32,000 nucleotides of DNA. Origin: Wolbachia endosymbiont of Cimex lectularius. Its GTDB lineage: Bacteria; Pseudomonadota; Alphaproteobacteria; Rickettsiales; Anaplasmataceae. The notes under the pieces are model-generated. The model made no database searches and was not told the DNA's origin. It saw only the letters and a list, made by a program, of their open reading frames with translations. Below, piece by piece: positions 9,687 through 19,620 of the stretch (its first letter is position 1; every line of letters starts with the position of its first letter). Made by a program: the position numbers and the translations under genes. The stretch is from the NCBI RefSeq assembly GCF_000829315.1, contig NZ_AP013028.1, positions 1,080,001-1,112,000 on the forward strand. The letters run 5' to 3'.

Positions 9687-9777
9687 CGGAAGGAGAGGGA
9701 TTCGAACCCTCGATACGACTTCTCAATCGTATAACGGTTTAGCAAACCGCCGCCTTCAGCCGCTCGGCCACCCTTCC
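9687..9777 (-). tRNA. tRNA-Ser(GCT)
   Basis: Reverse complement GGAAGGGTGGCCGAGCGGCTGAAGGCGGCGGTTTGCTAAACCGTTATACG...GGTTCGAATCCCTCTCCTTCCG: 7-bp acceptor, TTGCTAA anticodon loop (GCT), long variable arm, T-loop TTCGAAT. Confidence 0.95.
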
Positions 9778-9938
9778 AAATCTTGAACTTCAAAGTAAGT
9801 ATTTTATATAATACCAAGACTTCACAATCTGTCTAATGCTTTTAATAGTAGCATCTCATGTTATTAGATAGCAGAATCTCTTCTAAACCAGCCAATAACT
9901 GTAATTTTACTATAATAAACAACCTAAGCTAATGCGCA

Positions 9939-10454
9939 TCAATCTCCACTTTTAATAGCGTTTTCAATAATGCTCTTTGCTTCTTTCACACCAACCCATT
10001 TTCCAACTGTTACTGTTTTTCCTTTCTCTAGGTCTTTGTAGTGTGAAAAGAAATGAGTAATCTTATCCAGTAAGCTTTTAGGCAAATCAGAGCAGTCTTT
10101 CACATCATCATAATAGCTATCAACACTGGAAACAGGCACAGCTAATATCTTTTCATCTTCTCCTTTTTCATCCTTAGTAAGTAGAGCACCTATTGGACGT
10201 ACCGATATTAAAACACCAGGTGCTAGAGGAAATTGAGTTAACACTAAAACATCCACTGGATCACCATCACCTGAATAGGTGTTTGGCACAAATCCATAAT
10301 TGCAAGGATAGGTCATTGAGGTAGATAAAAACCTGTCAACTTGCAGTAATCCGAGCTCTTTATTAAATTCATACTTTATAGGCTCAGCATTTGCACTTAT
10401 TTCAATTATCACACTCACTGCATCTGCTGTCGCAGTTATTTTACTCAAATCCAT
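9939..10454 (-). CDS. ppa: Inorganic pyrophosphatase
   Basis: MTYPCNYGFVPNTYSGDGDPVDVLVL family I PPase signature. Confidence 0.97.
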   Translation of the reverse strand: MDLSKITATADAVSVIIEISANAEPIKYEFNKELGLLQVDRFLSTSMTYPCNYGFVPNTYSGDGDPVDVLVLTQFPLAPGVLISVRPIGALLTKDEKGEDEKILAVPVSSVDSYYDDVKDCSDLPKSLLDKITHFFSHYKDLEKGKTVTVGKWVGVKEAKSIIENAIKSGD

Positions 10455-10550
10455 AAATTACCTCTTACTTTAAGAGTCAGTATTATACAACATACACTTC
10501 TTAGTTGCCACATTTATATCTTTATGAACAAAAATCCACCTGAGAACCAG

Positions 10551-11093
10551 TTAAATCAACTTAGACAAATAAATAGCAGCTTTGCAGCTCGTTTTTATGA
10601 ATGAAGATAAGATATTGTAACCAAACGCACCTTCAGCATTGTGCTCAATTGCAATGTCTCTATGTTCCAACTCCTCATCACGAAACTTACTTATCGTTTC
10701 TCTTAGTTCTCCATCTTCTAAATGCGAAACTTGCTCTTTATAGTGCTCTCCGATCACTTCTTCGACTGCAGCAGTGCAAGCCATAGCAGCCTTTCTTCCC
10801 ATAATGGCAGTTGCAACACCAAGTGACACTCCCAAAACGCGCCAAACTGGCAATAAGACAGTAGGACGGACTTTTTGTTCTTTGATTTTCTCATTGAAAT
10901 AATGAAAATGCTTTTTTTCCTGCTCTTCCATTTCAATTATTTCCTTGATTATAGAAGACTTTTTAAGAATAAATTTTTGACCAGAATAGATGCAAATAGC
11001 TCCATATTCTCCAGCATGGTTTACTCTAATTGCTTGCTGCAAGAACTTACTGCTGCTATACTTTAAGTTATTTAGATTTCTTTCTCTCTCCAC
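10551..11093 (-). CDS. coq7: Demethoxyubiquinone hydroxylase family protein (COQ7)
   Basis: RVNHAGEYGAICIYSGQ, EEMEEQEKKHFHYFN, EEVIGEHYKEQ, FRDEELEHRDIA di-iron ligand motifs. Confidence 0.92.
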   Translation of the reverse strand: MERERNLNNLKYSSSKFLQQAIRVNHAGEYGAICIYSGQKFILKKSSIIKEIIEMEEQEKKHFHYFNEKIKEQKVRPTVLLPVWRVLGVSLGVATAIMGRKAAMACTAAVEEVIGEHYKEQVSHLEDGELRETISKFRDEELEHRDIAIEHNAEGAFGYNILSSFIKTSCKAAIYLSKLI

Positions 11094-11544
11094 AATACAT
11101 TTTACCTGACACGAACAGAGCTGCTATAAGATAAATTAAGTTCCACGTTGCTAGGGAAACGCCTAGAACATAATGGGGTCTGTCACAAGAAGGAGAGTAG
11201 TTAGGGTTTAAGAGATTGTTTCTTAGCTCTTCTATGCCAACGTTACCGCTTGCTTGTTCTGTGCACCCTAAAACATCATGGAATAAGCGGAGTTCAAGAC
11301 CTATATGATAAAAAGATATTATCGCACCGATGAGATAACTGCAAAACATTACATAGACTAAAATTTTGTTGTCTTTGATCATGTGTGCTACTGCAAGCAA
11401 CCCTGCAACATAGTAAACTATCCGCTCGTATATACATAACTTGCATGGCAGCATATTAAAAAAATACTCTAGCACATATGCGAAAATTAGAGCAACGGCG
11501 CTTGACAGCAGAAAGATTGTAGGAGTTCTGGAGTTATTACGCAT
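11068..11544 (-). CDS. dsbB: Disulfide bond formation protein B
   Basis: Polytopic membrane protein with LPCKLCIYERIVYY and second Cys pair (GCTEQ...CDRPHYVLG). Overlaps coq7 by 26 nt. Confidence 0.88.
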   Translation of the reverse strand: MRNNSRTPTIFLLSSAVALIFAYVLEYFFNMLPCKLCIYERIVYYVAGLLAVAHMIKDNKILVYVMFCSYLIGAIISFYHIGLELRLFHDVLGCTEQASGNVGIEELRNNLLNPNYSPSCDRPHYVLGVSLATWNLIYLIAALFVSGKMYCGERKKSK

Positions 11545-11595
11545 GACCTTTAAGTTAGCTATTACAAAGACTTCTTAAAGTATAAAGCAGAGTAC

Positions 11596-12996
11596 TCATT
11601 TTGCATAGGGATTTTTATTCTTCTTCAAAAGCAATCTGACTGGCACGCCTTCAGCAAAGAAGTTTTTTTTTAGATCATTAACTAAATAGCGTTTATAACT
11701 TTCATCAACACTTTCAGGCATGTTGCATATTAAGGAAAAAGCCGGAGGTTTAGTGCCGATTTGAGCAATATACTTCATTTTAATTGCTCTGCCTTTGACA
11801 AGCGGGTGAGGGTGCCTATCTAGAGCATCAATTAGCCAGTTATTTAACTTTGCAGTACTGATTTTCCTGCTTAAGGATTCGTTTACTTCAAGACACTTGT
11901 CTATCACATCACTGCAGCGCATACCTTTCAACGCAGAAATCGTTATAGTTGGCACTTCCAAAAATAATCGAGTTACTTCCTGTTGTTTTACAAATTTTAT
12001 CAACTTGCTCCTGTCGTTTTTATTTATTAAGTCCCACTTATTTAAGACAATGATAATTCCCTTTCCTCCTTTGATCGCAGCTTCACTGATTGATAAATCC
12101 TGTTGCTCAATACCCACAAGGGAGTCTAGCATTAAAACTATCACGTGAGAGCGTTTTATTGATTCCATGCTCTTCTCAACGAATCTTGATTCTAAGTCAT
12201 CTGTAACATTCGCCTTTCTGCGGATTCCGGCAGTGTCAATCAGAGTAATTAGCTTTCCATCATGATCGTATATAATATCCACAGAATCACGTGTGGTACC
12301 CGGTTCTGAACTTGTTATTAGCCTGTTCTCTGCAAGTAAACTATTTAGAAAAGTTGACTTCCCAACATTTGGGCGGCCGATGATTGCAATCCTTAGCTTA
12401 GTAAACTCATTAGCTTGATCCGATGTCATTTCAGTGCGTGACACTGGAATCTGCTTATTTTTTTCTAGATCCAAGTAGTTAGCTACTTGGATGACAGGAG
12501 AGGAATTTATAAAAGACTCAATAACACCAGCCAATGCATCGTAGAGATCAACCATGCCAAGGTTATGTTCAGCTGAGATGTACACCGGACCTGTGAAATC
12601 AAAAAACTGCAGGTAATCAACATTTCCTGACCTATGACTTTCACATTTATTTGCTATGAGTATTACAGGTTTATTTGTCTTCCTCTTTAGCCACTTTGCA
12701 AATTCTTTGTTCTGTTCATTTTGCACTTTTGCATCAACGAGAAAGAAAATTACATCCGCACTCAATAAAGAAAACTCTATTTGTTCAATAACTTGCGGTG
12801 AAAAATTGGTTTGGTCGTTCCATCCTCCTGTATCAATAATTTTAAATTCTAAATCGCTAATTCTTCCAATTCCCTCACGTCTATCCCTCGTTACCCCTGG
12901 GATGTTACTAACCACTGCTGCTTTTCTTCCCACTAGCCTATTAAATAGGGTTGATTTGCCAGCATTTGGCAGGCCTACTATAGCGGTTTTTAGCAT
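11596..12996 (-). CDS. der: Ribosome biogenesis GTPase Der (EngA)
   Basis: Two G domains: IVGLPNAGKSTLFNRL / DTGGW and IIGRPNVGKSTFLNSL / DTAG, with NKWDL and a C-terminal KH-like region. Confidence 0.97.
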   Translation of the reverse strand: MLKTAIVGLPNAGKSTLFNRLVGRKAAVVSNIPGVTRDRREGIGRISDLEFKIIDTGGWNDQTNFSPQVIEQIEFSLLSADVIFFLVDAKVQNEQNKEFAKWLKRKTNKPVILIANKCESHRSGNVDYLQFFDFTGPVYISAEHNLGMVDLYDALAGVIESFINSSPVIQVANYLDLEKNKQIPVSRTEMTSDQANEFTKLRIAIIGRPNVGKSTFLNSLLAENRLITSSEPGTTRDSVDIIYDHDGKLITLIDTAGIRRKANVTDDLESRFVEKSMESIKRSHVIVLMLDSLVGIEQQDLSISEAAIKGGKGIIIVLNKWDLINKNDRSKLIKFVKQQEVTRLFLEVPTITISALKGMRCSDVIDKCLEVNESLSRKISTAKLNNWLIDALDRHPHPLVKGRAIKMKYIAQIGTKPPAFSLICNMPESVDESYKRYLVNDLKKNFFAEGVPVRLLLKKNKNPYAK

Positions 12997-13132
12997 AGTT
13001 TAAGCGCATGTTCTATAGAAGTAAATTATAATCAAAATTTTTCAATTTAACTATTGACTTTATAGATTACGTCAATATCCTAAAATTAAGATATTTTATC
13101 TTGATTTTATTATGTAAAATATAGGAGTGGTT

Positions 13133-13655
13133 ATGCCGATATCAGAGCAAGTATATAGTGCAGGCGATGAAAATCTAAAACAACAAAAGCAGCAGAAGCG
13201 TTCATATGAAAATATAGAACGTCCAGAAGAAACAAACGATTACCAGTTAAGCATGACAATATATAAACAAATTGAGAGAGAGAGAAGCGGAAAAAGATCC
13301 TAAAGCGAGTAGAAGATATAGAAAAAAGGTATGAAAAACTTTCTGATAGCCAGGCTACAGGAAAAATGCTGGATGAGTTGTTAGAAATTATAAATCTTGC
13401 ACACAATGATAAAATAATGTTTGGCATGCCATACGAGTTGGTACATGGCATAATATCAGATGAAGAGAAAAACCAAGCAGCAAAAGGAATATCATTGATA
13501 GGGCACTTAATAAAAAATGTAGATCGGATTAAAAAACAAAATTTAAGCCTTGAAAAAAGCGAAGAAGAAAAGCTGGATTCTCTTTGTTTAAAAATAACTG
13601 ATTTAATTTTGGAAGGTACGTATGTCAGTAAAGAAATCTTGGATTCGTGTTGTAA
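13133..13655 (+). pseudogene. Hypothetical coiled-coil protein; frameshifted near 13290 and 3' end replaced by IS copy 1
   Basis: ORF 13133..13303 (MPISEQVYSAGDENLKQQ...ERERSGKRS*) continues in another frame as KKILKRVEDIEKRYEKLSDSQATGKMLDELLEII...; its last residues (NLFKIFVTGEK) come from the IS end. Confidence 0.7.
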
Positions 13656-14515
13656 GAACCTGTTTAAAATCTTCGTAACAGGAGAGAAATGAAGGAGAGG
13701 ACTATCATCTGTAAGCTAGTGTTGAGCTTCCGCTCGCAATTTTTCCACAATCGCCTGCACTTTTCTAACCAGGCAAAAGAGCGTTCAACAACCCATCTTT
13801 TTGGCAATACGACGAAAGTGTGTAACTCACTTCGCTTTATTACTTCAACAGTCGCACCAATGATAGCTTTTATTTGTGTTGCAAAATTTTCTCCTGTGTA
13901 GCCAGCATCAACCAGTATGTTTTTAACTTCAGAGAGGTTTGCTTTAGCATTTTCGACCATTTTCACAGCACTGCTACGGTCAGTTGCTTCTGCCGTTGTT
14001 ACATAAATTGCATGTGGCAAACCTTGTGTATCAACTGCAATATAGCGCTTTATCCCTGAAATCTTTTTACCTGCATCATAGCCTTTTTTTTCAGCAGTAT
14101 CTGCGTTTTTAACGCTTTGAGAATCAATTATACAAAAGCTAGTTTTCTCTTTCCGACCATTGCTGATACGGACCTCTCCAACTAATTTTTTTTAAGAGTA
14201 ATTCCAACAAGCTTGGCTCTTCTCCACTCTTTTTACTCCACACTCGAAAATAGTAATATACGCTTTCCCATCTTGGAAAACCCTTTGGTAACATCCTCCA
14301 CTGACAACCACTTTTTAAGACGTACAACACCCCACAAAATACGTCATACAAATCAAGTTTTCTTGGTTTTGTTTTCTGCTTGCTACTCTCCAAAATTGGC
14401 CTGATTTTTTCAAACTGCTCTTGACTTATATTACTTGGATAACTTTTCTGCATAGACACCTCATTATTAATCTATGCTTACTTTACCTCACATTTTCAAG
14501 ATTTTAAACAGGTTC
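13656..14515 (-). mobile_element. IS5-type insertion sequence, copy 1 (~860 bp, two-ORF DDE transposase)
   Basis: Terminal inverted repeats GAACCTGTTTAAAATCTT / AAGATTTTAAACAGGTTC; ORFs 14139..14459 (MSMQKSYPSNISQEQFEKIRPILESS...) and the in-frame second part ending 13664 (CIIDSQSVKNAD...WVVERSFAWLEKCRRLWKNCER). Confidence 0.93.
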
Positions 14516-14791
14516 TTAGATTGTAAACTATTATACATATCTGATAAATTCGATAATAGGCCTTACTTTGATAAGGACTGCCTAACCACGCAAAAATTTT
14601 GCCTTATAGGCGATTATCGCATTCCTAATTTACACACGTCTCTCAAACACCATCACGCTCCATTTCAAGGTGATTATAACCCATGTTTCAAGCATTATTG
14701 CAATCCAGGTCACAGTAATCATTATGATGCAGCATGGTGCCATGCTCACGACTCTGGTAATACAGTAGTGCTGAATATACCACTATATTGA
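14516..14791 (+). pseudogene. Truncated His/Cys-rich protein, paralogue of 15181..15825
   Basis: NPCFKHYCNPGHSNHYDAAWCHAHDSGNTVVLNIPLY matches YPCFKHHHNLCFKHCHDPYYNGRHTSCYHAYDSGNTVVIPYGW of the next gene. The listed N-terminus (MLTLPHIFKILNRF) is IS sequence. Confidence 0.65.
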
Positions 14792-15180
14792 ACTGGAAGT
14801 GAAAGTGGAAAAACAGGAACTAGGATAATAGAAGTTGCAAAAACTGAAGGAGTACCTGAACATTCAGACCACATTGCAGCAGCTATTTCTACTGCGGAAA
14901 TAATTTAGGGACAATAAATTTTTGTAGGTAATTGTAGCGAAGGTGATGAAAGACGTGAAAAGTGCGTAGAGAATCAAAAATGAGCAATATCATATTAAGA
15001 TCACAAATAGCGTTGACTTAATATGATAAATAGAGTATAAGACAAAAAGAAGGGATGTGCACTATGTACCTCTGTCTGTTGGCTTATAACTTTGACAGCC
15101 CATTTGATGTATGGTCTTTCTTGCCTTCCCTACTAATACTGTTAATTTAAAATAAAGTTTTTATTATATAGGAGATTTCT

Positions 15181-15825
15181 ATGCCAGAAAGTGATGATAT
15201 TCAAAATGGTGTTAGCCAAAATGAAATTACAGAGGAAACTACTGAAGAACCTGTAGTAGGTAATGAAAGCGGAGGGGAACCTCCTGCAGAGCCTGCGGTA
15301 GAAAATGAAAGCGGAAAAGAACCTCCTGCAGAAACTACAGCAGACACAGAGGAGACTTCAGTGAAATCTACAGTGGACGAAGTGAAACCCACTGCAGAAC
15401 TTACATTAGATAATGGAAGTGAAAGAAAACTTCCTGAAAAAATTACTACAGTAAATATAGAAAAGCCCACTGAAAAAGTTACTACAGTAAATGCAGGGAA
15501 ACCACATGTAAAGTTTATAGTAGACGAAGGGAATTTTCTTATGAAGCCTTCAGTAGATTGGGGAAGTAAAATGAGACATTTAGATGAGTATCCGTGTTTC
15601 AAACATCATCATAACTTATGCTTTAAGCATTGTCATGATCCATATTACAATGGTCGTCATACTTCATGTTATCATGCCTATGATTCTGGCAATACAGTGG
15701 TAATACCTTATGGTTGGAAAGGTGGACTACCTATGGTAAAAGTTGGGGGGCATACAGAATTTTTTGATTTAAATAAGCCCGTGCTAATATCTGATCTAGG
15801 TTGCAATATTTGCGATTGTTATTAA
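15181..15825 (+). CDS. Hypothetical protein: acidic, Pro/Thr/Glu-rich N-terminal repeats plus His/Cys-rich C-terminal domain
   Basis: Strong RBS-like AGGAG upstream of the ATG; repeated EEPVV/GEPPAEPAVENESGKEPPAETT units; C-terminal FKHHHNLCFKHCHDP...HTSCYHAYDSGNTVV...NICDCY. Confidence 0.75.
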   Translation: MPESDDIQNGVSQNEITEETTEEPVVGNESGGEPPAEPAVENESGKEPPAETTADTEETSVKSTVDEVKPTAELTLDNGSERKLPEKITTVNIEKPTEKVTTVNAGKPHVKFIVDEGNFLMKPSVDWGSKMRHLDEYPCFKHHHNLCFKHCHDPYYNGRHTSCYHAYDSGNTVVIPYGWKGGLPMVKVGGHTEFFDLNKPVLISDLGCNICDCY

Positions 15826-16058
15826 CTGCAAAAAAGCTGTTCAATTCCGATAAACTATGTGGATGAAAATAGAGGGGGAGCATTTTAAGCATACCGGTTT
15901 TATATTTTGCAAGTTGCATTTAACTCCTGTGCCGTTGTCTGAAAAAACACGGCATTGGTAAGTTCTTTCCTCTTGGCAGTTTCTGTAAGCTGATATAAGA
16001 TAAGCCTTTAACTAACCTCATTTATTTACTATACTGCTATAGTTTTATAGCTTTTTGA

Positions 16059-17759
16059 TTGATGAACATTTTTAAGCTGATCTCCTCGCTAATCCTTGGC
16101 AAATTAAATGAGTTGAAGCAAGGGGTGTCAAATGCAGAAAATTTTATCGTAGAACCTCCAAGTAATAGAGCACATGGGGATATTTATACAAATGTTGCTA
16201 TGGTGCTTGCAAAACATGAAAAGAAGAATCCAGTTGAGATTGCAAGGATGTTGGCAAGAGAATTTGAACTGTTTGATGAGATTGAGAAAGTGGAAGTTGT
16301 GGGCCCTGGTTTTATCAATATGCGCTTGAGAATAGAAGTATGGCACGAAGTTCTAAAACAAATAAATGAGCTAAAAACAGAATTCGGTACTTTAAATATT
16401 GGAAACAATCAGGCCATCAATGTTGAATTTGTATCTGCAAATCCAACTGGTCCACTGCATATTGGTCATGCAAGAGGGGCAGTGTTTGGTGACATTTTAG
16501 CAAATTTACTGAAAAAAGTTGGTTATAAAGTCACCAAGGAATACTACATTAATGACGCTGGAGCGCAGGTAGATACGCTAGTTCAGTCAGTATATTTGCG
16601 ATATAGGGAAGCTCTGGGAGAGAAGATCAGTATCGAAAAAGGTTTGTATCCTGGTGAATATTTAAAACCAATAGGGGAGGAGCTAGCCAAAAAGTATGGC
16701 TCAAAGCTTTTAAATAGTCAAGATAATCAGGCAATCAGAGAGTATACTTTGAGTTCTATCTTGGAACTTATAAAGGAAGACATGAGCTTGCTTGGAGTAA
16801 GTCACGATGTTTTTACTTCAGAATATGAGCTACAAAAAAGTGGCAAAATCGAAGAGAGTATAAAGATGTTGTCTGACAAGGGTTTAGTGTATGAAGGATA
16901 TTTGGAAAAACCAAAAGGCAAAGAAAGCGAAAATTGGACTTCCAGAAAAGAGATGTTATTTCGCTCTACAGAGTTTGGCGATGATGTTGATCGCGCACTG
17001 AAAAAAGAGGATGGCAGTTGGACTTACTTTGCCTCGGATATTGCTTACCATTTCGATAAGATATCACGTGGCTTTAACAATATGATCGTAGAGCTTGGTA
17101 GTGACCATGGCGGTTATGTCAAAAGGCTCAAAGCAGTTGTCTCTGCGCTGAGCGATAATAAGGCGAAAATAGAAGTAAAACTGCATAACATTGTGAATTT
17201 TTTCGAGGATGGAAAACCTGTTAAGATGTCCAAAAGATCAGGAAATTTCCTCACAGCAAGGGATGTAGTGGAGGAAGTTGGCAGGGATATCACTCGTTTT
17301 ATAATGCTAACACGCAAGAATGATATGGTCTTAGACTTTGATTTTACCAAGATTAAAGAGCAGTCAAAAGATAATCCTATTTTTTACGTGCAATATGCAC
17401 ACGCTCGTGCTCATTCATTGATGCGTAACGCTCCAAAAGAGCTCCCAAGTGCAAACCTTTCACTTTTAAAGACAGATGGGGAGCTATTCCTCATAAAAAC
17501 CTTAGCAAAATGGCCGGATGTGGTAGAAATAGCAGCAAGGCTTTATGAGCCGCATAGAATTACTTTCTACTTACTTGAAGTTGCAGAAACGTTTCATGCT
17601 CTATGGGGATATGGCAAAAGCGACTTAAACATGCGGTTCATACTGGAAGACAACTTGGACCTCACCGCTGCAAGAATTTTTCTCGTTCAAGCCTTAGCAC
17701 ACGTCATCGCTTCTGGGCTTTCTATCTTGAATATAGAACCTTTGGAAGAAATGAGTTGA
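16059..17759 (+). CDS. argS: Arginyl-tRNA synthetase
   Basis: [19 protein letters not shown] (HIGH) and [18 protein letters not shown] motifs; DALR-type C-terminus. Confidence 0.97.
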   Translation: MMNIFKLISSLILGKLNELKQGVSNAENFIVEPPSNRAHGDIYTNVAMVLAKHEKKNPVEIARMLAREFELFDEIEKVEVVGPGFINMRLRIEVWHEVLKQINELKTEFGTLNIGNNQAINVEFVSANPTGPLHIGHARGAVFGDILANLLKKVGYKVTKEYYINDAGAQVDTLVQSVYLRYREALGEKISIEKGLYPGEYLKPIGEELAKKYGSKLLNSQDNQAIREYTLSSILELIKEDMSLLGVSHDVFTSEYELQKSGKIEESIKMLSDKGLVYEGYLEKPKGKESENWTSRKEMLFRSTEFGDDVDRALKKEDGSWTYFASDIAYHFDKISRGFNNMIVELGSDHGGYVKRLKAVVSALSDNKAKIEVKLHNIVNFFEDGKPVKMSKRSGNFLTARDVVEEVGRDITRFIMLTRKNDMVLDFDFTKIKEQSKDNPIFYVQYAHARAHSLMRNAPKELPSANLSLLKTDGELFLIKTLAKWPDVVEIAARLYEPHRITFYLLEVAETFHALWGYGKSDLNMRFILEDNLDLTAARIFLVQALAHVIASGLSILNIEPLEEMS

Positions 17760-17812
17760 CTTTTTGCTGTATGTATGGTAATTAAAATATTATTGAACTT
17801 GTAGGTAGAGCT

Positions 17813-19581
17813 ATGGTGATTGAACATAAAGAGTGGAGAGCAACATTAAGTGCAGTTAATGGGAGAGAAGGTTTAAATCAAAATACTGTTATTAGCGAAA
17901 TAGACGAAGGATTGCGGAATGGGCAGCAGAGAGGTCTAGGATATCTAAAGTGGCAAAAAGATAATTTTAATATAAATTATCTTTTTGAAGTTAAAAATGA
18001 TGAAGACGTTCCATTTAGAGATACCAAACTTACACTGTTACATTTAGTTGTTAATTTTAATTTAGAAAATATAGTAAATGCCCTATTAGGCGTAAAAGGA
18101 ATCAATGTTAACGCAGTAGACAATCATAATCGGACTTCTTTACATTAGAACCTGTTTAAAATCTTCGTAACAGGAGAGAAATGAAGGAGAGGACTATCAT
18201 CTGTAAGCTAGTGTTGAGCTTCCGCTCACAATTTTTCCACAATCGCCTGCACTTTTCTAACCAGGCAAAAGAGCGTTCAACAACCCATCTTTTTGGCAAT
18301 ACGACGAAAGTGTGTAACTCACTTCGCTTTATTACTTCAACAGTCGCACCAATGATAGCTTTTATTTGTGTTGCAAAATTTTCTCCTGTGTAGCCAGCAT
18401 CAACCAGTATGTTTTTAACTTCAGAGAGGTTTGCTTTAGCATTTTCGACCATTTTCACAGCACTGCTACGGTCAGTTGCTTCTGCCGTTGTTACATAAAT
18501 TGCATGTGGCAAACCTTGTGTATCAACTGCAATATAGCGCTTTATCCCTGAAATCTTTTTACCTGCATCATAGCCTTTTTTTTCAGCAGTATCTGCGTTT
18601 TTAACGCTTTGAGAATCAATTATACAAAAGCTAGTTTTCTCTTTCCGACCATTGCTGATACGGACCTCTCCAACTAATTTTTTTTAAGACTAATTCCAAC
18701 AAGCTTGGCTCTTCTCCACTCTTTTTACTCCACACTCGAAAATAGTAATATACGCTTTCCCATCTTGGAAAACCCTTTGGTAACATCCTCCACTGACAAC
18801 CACTTTTTAAGACGTACAACACCCCACAAAATACGTCATACAAATCAAGTTTTCTTGGTTTTGTTTTCTGCTTGCTACTCTCCAAAATTGGCCTGATTTT
18901 TTCAAACTGCTCTTGACTTATATTACTTGGATAACTTTTCTGCATAGACACCTCATTATTAATCTATGCTTACTTTACCTCACATTTCCAAGATTTTAAA
19001 CAGGTTCTTACGCTTCTTTAAATGACTATCAAAAAATAGTTGAGGCCCTATTAACAAACAAAGCAAATGTTAATTCAGCAAATAAAGTTGGAGAAACTCC
19101 TTTACATTGGGCTGCTCAATGGGGCCATATAGGTATAGCAAAAGTTTTAATAGAAAGTGGAGCAAACCCTTTGTTAAAAAATAAAGATGGTAGAACTCCA
19201 AGAGACTTAACTACAAATGATAGCATAAAGAATCTTCTGAAAGAAGCAGAAGAAAAACAACTTAAAAAACTAAACGAAGAAAAAAGCGAGTTAACGCAAA
19301 ACAACACTGAGGGTGATAACAAGGATACAAAACACCTTTTGGGGAAAACAGAACCTACATCAGCAGCTAAAAAAGGAGTTTTTGCTGGTGGCGTGGTTGT
19401 AGCATTAGGTACTGCAGCAGCAGTGGCACTTTTTGCAACTGGAGCAATTGCAGTTGAGTTAGTACCTATATTGATAGCAGTCGTTGCAGTTACGGTGGCA
19501 GCACTGGCAGTTGGTGGTGTTACATATATGCTATCAGAGCCTAGTGTTGAACAAGTTGTTGGAAATGAGCGGAAAGTATAG
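17813..19581 (+). pseudogene. Ankyrin-repeat protein with C-terminal hydrophobic region, interrupted by IS copy 2
   Basis: 5' part 17813..18147 and 3' part 19011..19581. Removing the IS and one TTA gives a continuous ...NHNRTSLHYASLNDYQKIVEALLTNKANVNSANKVGETPLHWAAQWGH... frame. Confidence 0.92.
18148..19007 (-). mobile_element. IS5-type insertion sequence, copy 2 (same element as copy 1)
   Basis: Identical terminal repeats, flanking TTA direct repeats (18145-18147 and 19008-19010), same two transposase ORFs (18631..18951 and ending 18156). Confidence 0.95.
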
Positions 19582-19620
19582 CACCAGATCTATAAAACGC
19601 ATTGAAAACACACCCATGCA

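Noticed and set aside
13366-13692. Shared C-terminal peptide NLFKIFVTGEK in ORF 13366-13692 and methyltransferase ORF 22569-23300, which could look like a common motif
   Set aside because: Both tails are translated from the same IS terminal sequence after insertion or truncation, not a protein family feature.
13689-13901. Conserved antisense ORFs repeated in each IS (13689-13901, 13874-14059, 14213-14404 and their copies)
   Set aside because: Conserved only because the IS copies are near-identical; the transposase is on the opposite strand.
14474-14515. N-terminus MLTLPHIFKILNRF of ORF 14474-14791 as a true start
   Set aside because: This segment is the right end of IS copy 1; only the part from 14516 belongs to the His/Cys-rich gene.
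15930-15954. Hairpin TGCCGT...ACGGCA near 15.93 kb as a terminator
   Set aside because: Only a 6-bp stem with a 13-nt loop and no U-tract; too weak to annotate.
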